From NCBI GenBank assembly GCA_964439795.1, contig CAYTRL010000002.1, positions 1 through 42,767 of the forward strand: a stretch of 42,767 nucleotides of DNA, written 5' to 3'. The notes beneath the pieces are model-generated. The model ran no database searches. It was not told the DNA's origin and worked only from the letters and a program-made list of their open reading frames with translations. The translations under genes and the position numbers were made by a program. Below, one piece after another: positions 15,240-24,487 of this stretch. The stretch is from an uncultured Thermodesulfobacteriota bacterium (GTDB taxonomy: Bacteria > Desulfobacterota > DSWW01). Position 1 is the stretch's first letter. Each line of letters opens with the position of its first letter.

Positions 15240-15620
15240 ATGACCATGGCCAAACGTATTCTGATCGTTGATGACGAGAAGGACGTCCTGCTCTACCTGA
15301 AGACCCTCTTTGAGAAAAACGGCTACGAAACCGCAACGGCACGGAACGGGGAAGAGGGGTATGACAGGGCAAAGGAGTTCAAACCGGACCTGATCACGCT
15401 GGATATCCGCATGCCGAAACAGTCCGGGACCCGCCTCTACTGCGAGTTGCGGAAAGAGGAGGCGTTTCAGGGGATACCGGTCATCGTGCTCACCGGGTAC
15501 AGCCGGACACAGGACTCCTATGCCGACGAGATGCCCGCTGACTGCGTGCCGGACGCCTTCGTGGAAAAACCGATCATTCCGGAACAGCTGCTGAAGATCG
15601 TGGAACGGCTCACGAGCTGA
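15240..15620 (+). CDS. stand-alone response-regulator receiver (CheY-like)
   Basis: ILIVDDEKD, DLITLDIRMP (phospho-acceptor Asp), VIVLTGY and FVEKP. 126 aa with no output domain. Confidence 0.85.
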   Translation: MTMAKRILIVDDEKDVLLYLKTLFEKNGYETATARNGEEGYDRAKEFKPDLITLDIRMPKQSGTRLYCELRKEEAFQGIPVIVLTGYSRTQDSYADEMPADCVPDAFVEKPIIPEQLLKIVERLTS

Positions 15621-15653
15621 CTCTCCGGCACAATGCAATGCACACTAAAAAAA

Positions 15654-15700
15654 AGCGGCTTCCCCCGCGGAGGGGAAAGCCGCTTTGTACTTTGTATTTT
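15654..15700. terminator. bidirectional intrinsic terminator
   Basis: GC-rich stem AGCGGCTTCCCC / GGGGAAAGCCGCT, flanked by an A8 run on the left and T-rich sequence on the right. It lies between convergent genes ending at 15620 and 15710. Confidence 0.7.
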
Positions 15701-15709
15701 CATAGGACG

Positions 15710-16198
15710 TCAGCAGCCTCCCAGGCCCTTCAGCCGGATCAGTTCTGAACTCAGGCTCTTTACGTGAGCCATCTCTTCCCGAATGATCTTTTCCAGTTTT
15801 GCGGACCCCAGGTCTCCCGGAACCAGGTCCTTCATCCCCAGATAAAAAACGATGGAGTCCTTCTCGGCCTGGATCGCGGCCATGAGAATACCCTCCATGG
15901 TGGAAACATCGATCTGTTTTTCAAAGAAAACACGGGTATCCGCAAGGGCAGCCAGGTACTTTCCGGACTCACCTTCCGGATCGAACACCGTGGGCGCCTT
16001 CTCCTTTCCCTTCAACTCCTCCCGCATGGATGCGAACGTCTTCTCGTGTTCCAGTTCCATCTTGGAAAGCCCCGTGAGAAACGCCTTGTGCTTCTCATCC
16101 TCTACCCGGCCTGCCGCTTCCTGGTAAAACTTCGCACCGTTTCTTTCGAGTTGTTCGGCCATTTCAAATACATCGTCTGCGTTGAAATCGTATCGCAT
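15710..16198 (-). CDS. rubrerythrin/ferritin-like diiron four-helix-bundle protein (no rubredoxin domain)
   Basis: E...ExxH pairs at ERNGAKFY..ELEHEK and AEKDSIVFY..REEMAH. Start taken at MRYDF (ATG 16198) with an upstream GGAAAGGAAAA purine tract. The ORF track extends to 16315. Confidence 0.7.
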   Translation of the reverse strand: MRYDFNADDVFEMAEQLERNGAKFYQEAAGRVEDEKHKAFLTGLSKMELEHEKTFASMREELKGKEKAPTVFDPEGESGKYLAALADTRVFFEKQIDVSTMEGILMAAIQAEKDSIVFYLGMKDLVPGDLGSAKLEKIIREEMAHVKSLSSELIRLKGLGGC

Positions 16199-16484
16199 CT
16201 CTCGTTTTCCTTTCTTCCTGAAACCCGGAGCGTCAACGGAGGGTTCACATCCGCAAGCTGCCTGCAGGGACGCTGCAACGGAACGCGTACAACCATTTTC
16301 CCTGTTTTTTAGCATATTTTGACGCTGACTTCCAGTGCCGAGCCCCTTTCCGGGACCCGCACCCCTCCCATTGCCATGCAGGGGCTTCCGTGCGAAAATA
16401 GCGGATTCAACCTCCCAGATCCTTTCATGAAAAGATCAACGTTTATTATAGATCTTCGCAGCAGGCCACCTGGGGCCGGGGGTG

Positions 16485-16520
16485 GAGCTGAAAGCCGAAC
16501 GCTGACAGCTGAAAGCGTAC
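16485..16520. repeat. GCTGAAAGCCGAACGCTGACAGCTGAAAGC intergenic repeat module
   Basis: Shares CCGAACGCTGACAGCTG with 991-1030 and, in reverse, with 20845-20880. Confidence 0.5.
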
Positions 16521-16553
16521 GATTTTGCCGCCTCAGGAAGAGGGGAAGCGAAC

Positions 16554-17627
16554 GTGATCCGAAGTTGGATGGAAGTTCTGCGTTCCGGGAAACTTCCGGA
16601 GGGAACCTCCGCGGACTGGATGTGCCGATGGCTGGTCATCACCCGCTCGTCTCTTCTGCCGCTCTCTCTCTTCGCGGTGATCATCGGCGGACTGCTGGCG
16701 GCGCGCGCCGGAGTCTTTCATCCCATCCTGTGGTTCCTGGCGGCCCTCTGGCTGCTTCCTGCCCAGGCGTTGAACCAGCTGCTCAACGACCTGTTCGACA
16801 GCCTGCAGGGGATCGATACAGAAGACTATGCGCGGACACGTCACGCCCCCCACCCGCTCATCCACGGCCTTACCAGCCGCGGCGGACTGGTGATGGCCGT
16901 TTTCCTGCTGGCCCTCTGGCAAATGACGGTTCTTTACGGACTGGCGCATTTTCGAGGCCGCCCCGTCTGGGTGTTCGCAGCCGCCGTATTCTTCCTGAAC
17001 CTCTGTTGCGTAGCCCCCCCCCTGAAGCTGAAACAACGCGGACTGGGCGAGCTGGCCCAGGTGTTTCTGTGGGGCCCCGGCATGACGGGGGGAACCTACT
17101 ACGTGATCGCGGGGAACCTTCCCGTCTCGGTGTGGCTCGCAACCTTTCCCTACGGGATCTCCGTTGCCGCGGCCCTGCTGGGCATGTACCTGGACCGCAG
17201 GCAGATGGATGAAACCCGCTGGGTGCTCACCGTGCCGGTCCTGCTGGGGGAAAAGCGAACCCGGAACCTGCTCCAGTTCACCCTGTGGGGATATTACCTT
17301 CTGGTGGTGGGGCTGTCCGCCTCTGGCCTGCTCCCCTGGAGCACCCTGCTCGTGCTTTTTTCCCTGCCCATGGCCGTACGGTTCATCTCGGCTCTCCACA
17401 ACAGGGCCCCGGAACCCCTCAAGGAAAAAGCGCCCGCTCCACGACTGGAGGGGTTCACGGAACATGTGAGGAAAAAAGGTTCCTTGGCCAAGCCGCCCGG
17501 AGGGCTGCCACCGCTTTCCGACGAGTTCCGTGGATGGGGCGGCAGATGGCTCCAGGCAGCCACCTGGACCTTCACAGCGGGGCTGGCGGCCGGGGCGGTC
17601 CTGGGGCTGTTGAGAAAGGTACTCTGA
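16554..17627 (+). CDS. UbiA-superfamily prenyltransferase, MenA-like first motif, with a C-terminal extension
   Basis: GTG start. NDLFDSLQGID fits the MenA-type NDxxDxxxGxD motif. The second Asp motif is YLDRRQMDE. Multiple TM helices; about 70 extra C-terminal residues. Confidence 0.75.
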   Translation: MIRSWMEVLRSGKLPEGTSADWMCRWLVITRSSLLPLSLFAVIIGGLLAARAGVFHPILWFLAALWLLPAQALNQLLNDLFDSLQGIDTEDYARTRHAPHPLIHGLTSRGGLVMAVFLLALWQMTVLYGLAHFRGRPVWVFAAAVFFLNLCCVAPPLKLKQRGLGELAQVFLWGPGMTGGTYYVIAGNLPVSVWLATFPYGISVAAALLGMYLDRRQMDETRWVLTVPVLLGEKRTRNLLQFTLWGYYLLVVGLSASGLLPWSTLLVLFSLPMAVRFISALHNRAPEPLKEKAPAPRLEGFTEHVRKKGSLAKPPGGLPPLSDEFRGWGGRWLQAATWTFTAGLAAGAVLGLLRKVL

Positions 17628-17685
17628 TTCAGGTTCCCTCAAGAAGGAACCGGGCCAACGTACCAAAGAGAAAGAGGGGTTGTAC

Positions 17686-18405
17686 ATGGAAAAGGAGACA
17701 AAAGAATTCTGTCTGGACGAACTCCAGGAATGCGACGGAAGAAACGCATCGGAGATATACGTGGCTCATGAGGGCAAGGTATACGATGTGTCGGGAAGCA
17801 AGATGTGGAAGCAAGGCAAACACATGAGACGGCACCAGGCGGGTGCGGATCTCACCGAAGAAATCAAGGGGGCCCCGCACGGGCCCGAGGTGCTGGAACG
17901 GGTCCCTCTGGTGGGAACCCTGAAGCCGGAAAAGGATCCGATGGACGAGAACGTGCCCGAATTCCTGCTCAGGATCCTGGATAAAGTCCCCATGCTCCGG
18001 CGGCACCCCCATCCCATGACCGTGCACTTTCCCCTGGCCTTCTGCATGGTGGTCCCCCTGTTCAACCTCCTGTTCCTGATGACCGGAGCCTCCTCCCTCG
18101 AGATCACGGCTTTCTACATGCTCGCACTGTGCCTGCCCTCCGCGGTCGTGGCCATGACCACCGGGCCGTACACCTGGTGGCTCAACTACGGATCCGTTCT
18201 GAGCCGAAACATCCGGATCAAACTGATGGTTTCCCTGCTCCTTTTTCTCCTCCTGCTGGCGGGTTTTTTCTGGAGACTCGTCCAGCCCGAGCTTCTTCAC
18301 ACCTTGAACGGGCCGGGGTTCGGATATCTTCTGTTGACCTGCACCTATCCGGTGCTGGTCGGCGTCCTGGGCTGGTTCGGCGCGGAAATGACGTTCCCGG
18401 CATGA
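17686..18405 (+). CDS. cytochrome b5-like heme/steroid-binding domain (COG4892-like) fused to a 4-TM DUF2231-like membrane domain
   Basis: EIYVAHEGKVYDVSGSKMWKQGKHMRRHQAGADLTEEIKGAPHG, then four hydrophobic segments. ATG 17686 follows AGAAAGAGGGG. Confidence 0.7.
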   Translation: MEKETKEFCLDELQECDGRNASEIYVAHEGKVYDVSGSKMWKQGKHMRRHQAGADLTEEIKGAPHGPEVLERVPLVGTLKPEKDPMDENVPEFLLRILDKVPMLRRHPHPMTVHFPLAFCMVVPLFNLLFLMTGASSLEITAFYMLALCLPSAVVAMTTGPYTWWLNYGSVLSRNIRIKLMVSLLLFLLLLAGFFWRLVQPELLHTLNGPGFGYLLLTCTYPVLVGVLGWFGAEMTFPA

Positions 18406-18441
18406 ACCTGGACGTCCCCTGAACGAAAGGGAGGACAACCC

Positions 18442-19026
18442 TTGCCCGTTCACAGCTTTTTCACAACTGGCAATGTAGATATCAAGGGTCTCTCGGAATA
18501 CCTGGACGGCCTGGGCCCCGGTTCCCGGGCCAGGGAGGCACGTCAGCTGACGGCACGGGAACAGGCCCTTCTGTTCGAAGCGGCCCAGGGTTTCCGACCC
18601 CTGACCGTCCACCACTTCGTCCCCGAATCCGTCCCGGCCATGAAACAGGTGATCCATTTCGGCCGGAATTCCCTTCCCATCTTCCGAATTTTCGAGAAGC
18701 GTTTCTGCCGGCCCGAGGGAGAATTCGCCTCGATTCATCTCTGGGGGTACAACGAACAACCGTTCAAACAACTCACCGGCCCCGGCTATTTCACGGCCCG
18801 GCAGGAGAACAAGCAAGAGGTGGTGATCGACTACCTCCAGGCCCCTCCCTACCGTCCGGACAGATGGCCCCCGATCCTGCCCAACTCAGCCCGTTTGAGC
18901 CGGTTCATCTATTACCAGACGCGGGACATCATGAGGGGCGTGAGCAAACACGTGTCGGTGGGCCGCGCCACCCGCAACAACAGGAACATGGACAACTGGT
19001 TTGTGCTGTGCCGCCAGGAACTGTAG
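18442..19026 (+). CDS. hypothetical protein (no family recognised)
   Basis: TTG start 6 nt after AAGGGAGGA. Coding-like GC3. Sits tightly inside a same-strand gene string (37 and 29 bp gaps). Confidence 0.55.
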   Translation: MPVHSFFTTGNVDIKGLSEYLDGLGPGSRAREARQLTAREQALLFEAAQGFRPLTVHHFVPESVPAMKQVIHFGRNSLPIFRIFEKRFCRPEGEFASIHLWGYNEQPFKQLTGPGYFTARQENKQEVVIDYLQAPPYRPDRWPPILPNSARLSRFIYYQTRDIMRGVSKHVSVGRATRNNRNMDNWFVLCRQEL

Positions 19027-19054
19027 GTCCCACCTTCACCGAGCCGAGGATTCG

Positions 19055-19948
19055 ATGAAAGAGCGGTTGTTCGGGCCTCTGAGATTCATCCCGGGCAGGG
19101 ACGATGGGAAGTACCCCTTCTGCCACTCGATTTACGTAGAGGAGGCGGGGATCCTCATCGATCCCGCCTCGGACCGGGAAACCCTGGAACGGATTCGAAC
19201 GGGTCCGGGGGTCCGGGCCGTCTGGCTGACCCACTGGCACGAAGACCACTGGAAGCATCTGGACCTGTTCGACGACCTTCCCCTCTGGATGTCCCGGCAG
19301 GACGCTCCTCCGATGGCCGACATGGATACTCTGCTCGACTGGTACGGAGTCACGGAAGATTTCCAGGAGGGCCGGGATTACTGGCGCAACATCCTCGAAG
19401 ACGATTTCTCTTTCCGCCCCCGAGAACCGGACCGGCACCTGGAGCCCGGGGAAATCCTGGACCTGGGAAGCACCTCGGTGGAGGTTTTGCACACACCGGG
19501 CCACACGCCGGGACATCTCGCGTTTTTCTTCAGGGAACCGGCCGTCCTGTTTCTGGGGGATTACGATCTGAGCCGCTTCGGCCCCTGGTACGGCGACGTG
19601 CACTCGAGCATCCCACAGACCGTGGAATCCGTGGAACGGCTGCGCAAGGTCGCTGCCGGGACATGGATCACCAGCCACGAGAAAGACGGCGTCTTCGAGC
19701 AGGACCCCGGTGAACGATGGGACCTCTACCTGGACGTCATCCGGACCCGTGAGGTAAAGCTCCTGGAACTCCTGAGGGAGCCGAAAACCATGCGGGAGAT
19801 CGTGGATGCTCGTATCGTATACGGCCGCCCCCGGGAACCTCAGATGTTCTTCGATTTCAACGAGCGGTTGATCATGACCAAACACCTGGAAATCCTCGAG
19901 GACCAGGGCCGCGTACTCCGGAAAAAGGACCACTATTGCCGCCCATGA
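19055..19948 (+). CDS. MBL-fold metallo-hydrolase
   Basis: HxHxDH motif LTHWHEDHW, plus HTPGHTPGH. 297 aa from ATG 19055. Confidence 0.8.
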   Translation: MKERLFGPLRFIPGRDDGKYPFCHSIYVEEAGILIDPASDRETLERIRTGPGVRAVWLTHWHEDHWKHLDLFDDLPLWMSRQDAPPMADMDTLLDWYGVTEDFQEGRDYWRNILEDDFSFRPREPDRHLEPGEILDLGSTSVEVLHTPGHTPGHLAFFFREPAVLFLGDYDLSRFGPWYGDVHSSIPQTVESVERLRKVAAGTWITSHEKDGVFEQDPGERWDLYLDVIRTREVKLLELLREPKTMREIVDARIVYGRPREPQMFFDFNERLIMTKHLEILEDQGRVLRKKDHYCRP

Positions 19949-20796
19949 CCGATCTGCCCCGAGCAGAGCGCCCCGAAAACTCACCGTTCGGGAAGGCCCT
20001 CCGCATCCTGATGTGGATCCTGGCCTTTTCAGTGGGGACCGTCCTGATGCTGACCTTCCTGCAGAAAAAGATGATCTATTTCCCCTCCCCGGATCTGGAG
20101 ATCACCCCGGACCGGATGGGACTGGTGTATGAGGACGTTTTTCTAAACACATCGGACGGTGTCAGGATCCATGGCTGGTATGTGCCCGCGCCGGGGGCAA
20201 AAACCACCCTCCTCTTTCTTCATGGAAACGCGGGAAACATCAGTCACAGGCTGGACAACGTCAGGCGGTTGCACGACCAGGGGATAAACGTTTTCATCAT
20301 TGATTACAGAGGGTACGGCCGATCCCGGGGCTCTCCCGGGGAACAGGGGCTCTACCGGGACGCCGGGGCGGCTCTCCGCCACCTCCAGGAAAGGGCCGAC
20401 GTGAACCGGGAACGGATCGCGGTGTTCGGGCGGTCCCTGGGGGGGGCCGTGGCCGTGGACATCTGTTCCAGGGAAGATTGCATGAAACTGATCCTGGAGA
20501 GCACATTCACATCCACCGCAGACATGGCCCGGGCGATCTTCCCCTTCCTTCCGCTCGGCCCCTTTCTCACCGAACGGTTCGATTCGGAAAGCAAGATCGT
20601 AAACGTCCGGGCTCCACTGCTCCAGTTTCACGGCACGGACGACGAGGTGGTTCCTTTCCGGCTGGGGCAAAAACTGTTCCGGACAGCCCCGGGCCCGAAG
20701 AAGTTCGTTTCCATCCCCGGCGCGGGACACAACGACACTTATGAACGAGGCGGGCCGCGCTACTTCGAGACGATCCGGTCGTTTCTTGAGGAGTGA
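19945..20796 (+). CDS. alpha/beta hydrolase (BEM46/ABHD13-like) with an N-terminal membrane anchor
   Basis: LFLHGNAGN and nucleophile elbow GRSLGG. HGTDDEVVP and GAGHND complete the triad region. The ATG overlaps the previous stop (ATGA). Confidence 0.8.
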   Translation: MTDLPRAERPENSPFGKALRILMWILAFSVGTVLMLTFLQKKMIYFPSPDLEITPDRMGLVYEDVFLNTSDGVRIHGWYVPAPGAKTTLLFLHGNAGNISHRLDNVRRLHDQGINVFIIDYRGYGRSRGSPGEQGLYRDAGAALRHLQERADVNRERIAVFGRSLGGAVAVDICSREDCMKLILESTFTSTADMARAIFPFLPLGPFLTERFDSESKIVNVRAPLLQFHGTDDEVVPFRLGQKLFRTAPGPKKFVSIPGAGHNDTYERGGPRYFETIRSFLEE

Positions 20797-20844
20797 CTCC
20801 GGCCGACACGGAACAACGGGCCCGGGGGAGCTTGCGGAGGTTGG

Positions 20845-20880
20845 CGATCAGCTGTCGGCTGTCAGCGGTCGGCTCCCCCC
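20845..20880. repeat. reverse-orientation copy of the GAGCCGA-CGCTGACAGC module
   Basis: The reverse complement reads GGGGGGAGCCGACCGCTGACAGCCGACAGCTGATCGCC; compare 988-1024. Confidence 0.5.
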
Positions 20881-20922
20881 AATACCCGCCCAGCGGGGAG
20901 CGCGGGTCACCGGTAGGAGTTA

Positions 20923-21156
20923 CCGGAAGGGCGATGGGGCCGGTTCTGGTCTTCTGAAGGCCCCGGAGGACATGGCAACCTCACCTAGACACTCCACAAC
21001 CCCACTCGCCTGGATCCCGGATCGAGTCCGGGATGACGGTACCCCCGGTACTATGCGACCCAGGATACCAGCACACCGAGCGGCCGGCGGGAGTTCCCGA
21101 AAGGACGAGGACGCCGGTTCTGGTCTTTTGAAGGCGGACGAGGACGGGGGAACCTC
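20923..21156. repeat. composite repeat: two ~60-bp direct repeats flanking an intact 31-nt hairpin module
   Basis: 20923-20982 and 21096-21156 share the core GCCGGTTCTGGTCTT(C/T)TGAAGGC and the end GGxAACCTC. CCTGGATCCCGGATCGAGTCCGGGATGACGG at 21009-21039 contains the 7-bp stem TCCCGGA/TCCGGGA. Confidence 0.6.
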
Positions 21157-21168
21157 CCCCGGCCGCAC

Positions 21169-23301
21169 CTAAGTTTGCTCGTCTACTTCCTCCAGGAAGA
21201 TCCTCACATCCGCAACGGTGGCCCCCTCCCCAACGGGATGCACACGGAGCGGGTTGATGTCCAGCTCCTTGATTTCCGGATGGTCGACGACCATGTCGGA
21301 CAGACTCACCAGGAGCTTCTGGATACACTCCACGTCCGACTTTTTGGTCCCCCGGAAGCCGTCCAGCTTGGGGTAGGCCTTGATGTCCCGGACCATCCGC
21401 CGCGCGTTGTTCCGCCCGATGGGCGCGAAACGGAACACCACGTCCTTGAACAGTTCCACGTAGATCCCGCCCAGCCCGAACATGATCAGGGGGCCGAACA
21501 CCGGGTACCGGTTCACTCCCAGGATCACCTCTTCGCCGGGGGGCGCCATCTTCTGCACCAGGACGCCGATGATCCTGGCCTTTGCCTTGTATGCTTTGGC
21601 GTTCTCCACGATCTGCTCGTATGCCCGGGCCGCCTCCTCCTCGTTTTCGAGCCCCACCTTCACCCCGCCGGCGTCCGACTTGTGCAGGATCTGGGGAGAG
21701 ACGATCTTCATCACCACAGGGAACCCGATCCGGGCGGCGATCTCCGAGGCCTCCTCCGGGCTCGTGGCCAGCTCGGTGGGCAGCACCTTGAACCCGTAGC
21801 AGGCCAGGATTTCCGTTCCCTCCAGTTCCCCCAGGTAGTGCCGGCCCTCCGCCAGGCAGTTCCGGATGATCTCCGCGGCCCGGTCCCGGTCATGATGAAA
21901 CTCGTACTGGGCCAGCCGCTGGCGCGTGAGCCATTGGGTGGCCATGTAGAGCTTGCCCAGCGCTTTGGCCGCGTTTTCCGGAAACTGGTACACGGGGATA
22001 TGGTTCTCCTGCAGGTGCTTCACCCCCGCGGAAACGTCCACGATCCCCATGAAGCTGCAGACAACGGGCTTGGGCGATCTCCGGGCGATCTTGACGATGG
22101 ACTCCGCGGTGCCGATGGCGTTGGTCATGGACTGGGGCGTGAGGATGACCAGGGCCCCGTGCACGTTCTCGTCCTTGATGACCGCCTCCAGGGCGTGCTC
22201 GTACCGGTCCTGCGCCGCGTCCCCGATGACGTCCACCGGGTTGTGTATATTGGCCGTGGCGGGCAGGTGGCTGGCCAGGGCCTCCACGGTCTCCTCGTTG
22301 AAACGAGCCAGCTTGAGGCCGGAGGACACGGTCATGTCCGTGGCTACGATGCCCGGGCCGCCCGCGTTGGTCACGATGGCGATCTGGTTGCCGCTGGGAA
22401 ACTTCTTGGCCGCAAAGGCCGTGGCATAATCAAACAGCTCATTTACCGATTCCACCCGCAGGATTCCCGCTTCCTGGAAGATGGCGTCGTAGACGCCCTC
22501 CGTGCCAGCCAGGGCCCCGGTGTGGGAAGCCGCCGCCTCGGCGCCGGCCGTGGTCCTGCCTGACTTGATGACGATCACCGGAGTGGGCCGCTCGCCGGAG
22601 GTGATCCTGATGACCTCATTGATGAACTCCTGGCCTCCCCGCCGGAGTTCCTCCATGTAGATCATGATCACCTCGGTGTCCTCGTCCCGGTGGAGGTAAC
22701 GAAGCAGATCCAGTTCGTCCACGTCCGCCTTGTTTCCGATGGAGATGAACTTGGAGAAGCCGAACCCCCGGTCCGCGGCAAAGTCCAGGACCGCGGTGCA
22801 CAGAGCGCCGCTCTGTGAGATGAAGGAGATGTTTCCCCGGGAGGGCATGCGCGCGGAAAAGCTGGCGTTGAGCTGTACCGTATCCGCCGGGTTGATCACC
22901 CCCAGGCAGTTGGGCCCCACCAGGGGAACCCCGGCCTCCCGGCAGATGTCGATGATCCGGTTTTCAATCTCCAGACCCTCACCGCCCACCTCCCGGAAGC
23001 CCGCGGAGACGATGACGATCCCCTTCACCCCCTTTTCAACGCACTCCTGGACACTCTTCAGGGCGATGCGGGGCGGCAGGATGATCATGGCCAGGTCCAC
23101 GCTGTCCGGGATCTCGGTGATCGTGGGGTAGGCCTTGATACACAGGATGGACTTGGATTTGGGGTTGACCGGATAGAGCGTGCCCTGGTAGCCCCCCCGC
23201 AGGATGTTCTCGAAGATGTCATGCCCGACCTTGCCCTGTACGGACGAGGCCCCCAGGACCGCCACCGATCTGGGCGAAAAGATTGCATCAAGCTTTTCCA
23301 T
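21169..23301 (-). CDS. acetyl-/acyl-CoA synthetase (ADP/NDP-forming), fused alpha-beta
   Basis: CoA-binding N-terminus SVAVLGASSVQGKVG, phosphohistidine motif AASHTGALAG, and a C-terminal ATP-grasp. 710 aa. Confidence 0.9.
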   Translation of the reverse strand: MEKLDAIFSPRSVAVLGASSVQGKVGHDIFENILRGGYQGTLYPVNPKSKSILCIKAYPTITEIPDSVDLAMIILPPRIALKSVQECVEKGVKGIVIVSAGFREVGGEGLEIENRIIDICREAGVPLVGPNCLGVINPADTVQLNASFSARMPSRGNISFISQSGALCTAVLDFAADRGFGFSKFISIGNKADVDELDLLRYLHRDEDTEVIMIYMEELRRGGQEFINEVIRITSGERPTPVIVIKSGRTTAGAEAAASHTGALAGTEGVYDAIFQEAGILRVESVNELFDYATAFAAKKFPSGNQIAIVTNAGGPGIVATDMTVSSGLKLARFNEETVEALASHLPATANIHNPVDVIGDAAQDRYEHALEAVIKDENVHGALVILTPQSMTNAIGTAESIVKIARRSPKPVVCSFMGIVDVSAGVKHLQENHIPVYQFPENAAKALGKLYMATQWLTRQRLAQYEFHHDRDRAAEIIRNCLAEGRHYLGELEGTEILACYGFKVLPTELATSPEEASEIAARIGFPVVMKIVSPQILHKSDAGGVKVGLENEEEAARAYEQIVENAKAYKAKARIIGVLVQKMAPPGEEVILGVNRYPVFGPLIMFGLGGIYVELFKDVVFRFAPIGRNNARRMVRDIKAYPKLDGFRGTKKSDVECIQKLLVSLSDMVVDHPEIKELDINPLRVHPVGEGATVADVRIFLEEVDEQT

Positions 23302-23445
23302 GGATTTTCACTCCTCTAACTCCGTCAAAAGCGGAAAGCACAAGGTAGAAAGTATAGGAAAGCATCCCGGGGGGGTCAAACCGGTGGACGTTTCGAACCC
23401 GGATCCGTCTTGTTCCGGCGCGCGTTCCTCTGGTATCTTTCTCCC

Positions 23446-24165
23446 ATGCAGGCGGAAAGATCGAACGGAACCCCGTGCCGGATCTGCGGCTGGAAAACAC
23501 GCTCCCTGTGGGACGAACCGTGCTCCCTCTGGTATCACCGCTGCCTTTCCTGCGATTTCCTGTTCGTGGAGGAACGGGGCTTTCCCTCGCCCGAGGAGGA
23601 GAGAGCAGAGTACCTGAAACACGACAACCACATGGGGAACCCGGGATACGTCCGTTTTCTGGAATCGTTCATCCGCAAGGGCGTTCGTCCTTTCCTGGGC
23701 TCGGCCAGGACAGCGCTCGACTTCGGGTGCGGGCCGGGTCCCGTCCTCGCACACCTCCTGGAACAGTGCGGCCTGGCCGTGGATATCTACGACCCTTTCT
23801 TCTTCCCGGACAAAGTGTACCGGGGAAAACGGTACGACCTGATCACGGCCACAGAGGTCCTCGAACACATCCGGGACCCCCGGGAAAGCTTCCGGGAACT
23901 CAAGAACCATCTCGGAGAAAACGGAATTTTGTCGATCATGACCCGGTTTCACCCAATGGACGACGAGGCTTTCCTCTCCTGGTGGTACCGGCGGGAGCAA
24001 TCGCACATATCGTTTTTCTCTCCTGTCACCCTCTCGTTTCTTGCACACTGTTACGCCATGGAGGTTGTCTGGACCGACGGGTGTGCCGTCTCCGTGATCA
24101 GGCCCCGGTCCCGGCTTTTCGCCCCCCGGGATCGTCGAGGCGAGTCTCCGGTTGACACGGGGTGA
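23446..24165 (+). CDS. class I SAM-dependent methyltransferase with an N-terminal Cys4 zinc-ribbon-like motif
   Basis: CRICG...CLSCD followed by SAM motif I LDFGCGPG. ATG 23446; the ORF-track start is TTG 23410. Confidence 0.75.
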   Translation: MQAERSNGTPCRICGWKTRSLWDEPCSLWYHRCLSCDFLFVEERGFPSPEEERAEYLKHDNHMGNPGYVRFLESFIRKGVRPFLGSARTALDFGCGPGPVLAHLLEQCGLAVDIYDPFFFPDKVYRGKRYDLITATEVLEHIRDPRESFRELKNHLGENGILSIMTRFHPMDDEAFLSWWYRREQSHISFFSPVTLSFLAHCYAMEVVWTDGCAVSVIRPRSRLFAPRDRRGESPVDTG

Positions 24166-24487
24166 GGCTTACCCTATGATTTTTCAGTCAAAACAGACAA
24201 ACAATAAAGGGGAAAATGACAAGAACCCGAAGCCAGGGGCCTCCGATATAACAACCTCTACAACCTGAAAAACGTTTTCAGACCGGTGGGAGGATGAGAG
24301 GGTCCAGAAAAATATCTGTAATACAGGCACCCTCACTCAATTTCTTAAACCGAAAAATCAAGTTTTTCGTGAAAATAGGTATTGACAAACCATGCCCGAA
24401 TTGATTAAAAGAACTAATCTTTCAATGTGGGCGGTATTGTACTCTTCTGTCGCCAACGTTACTTACCAAATGCAAAGGAGCCGAAAC

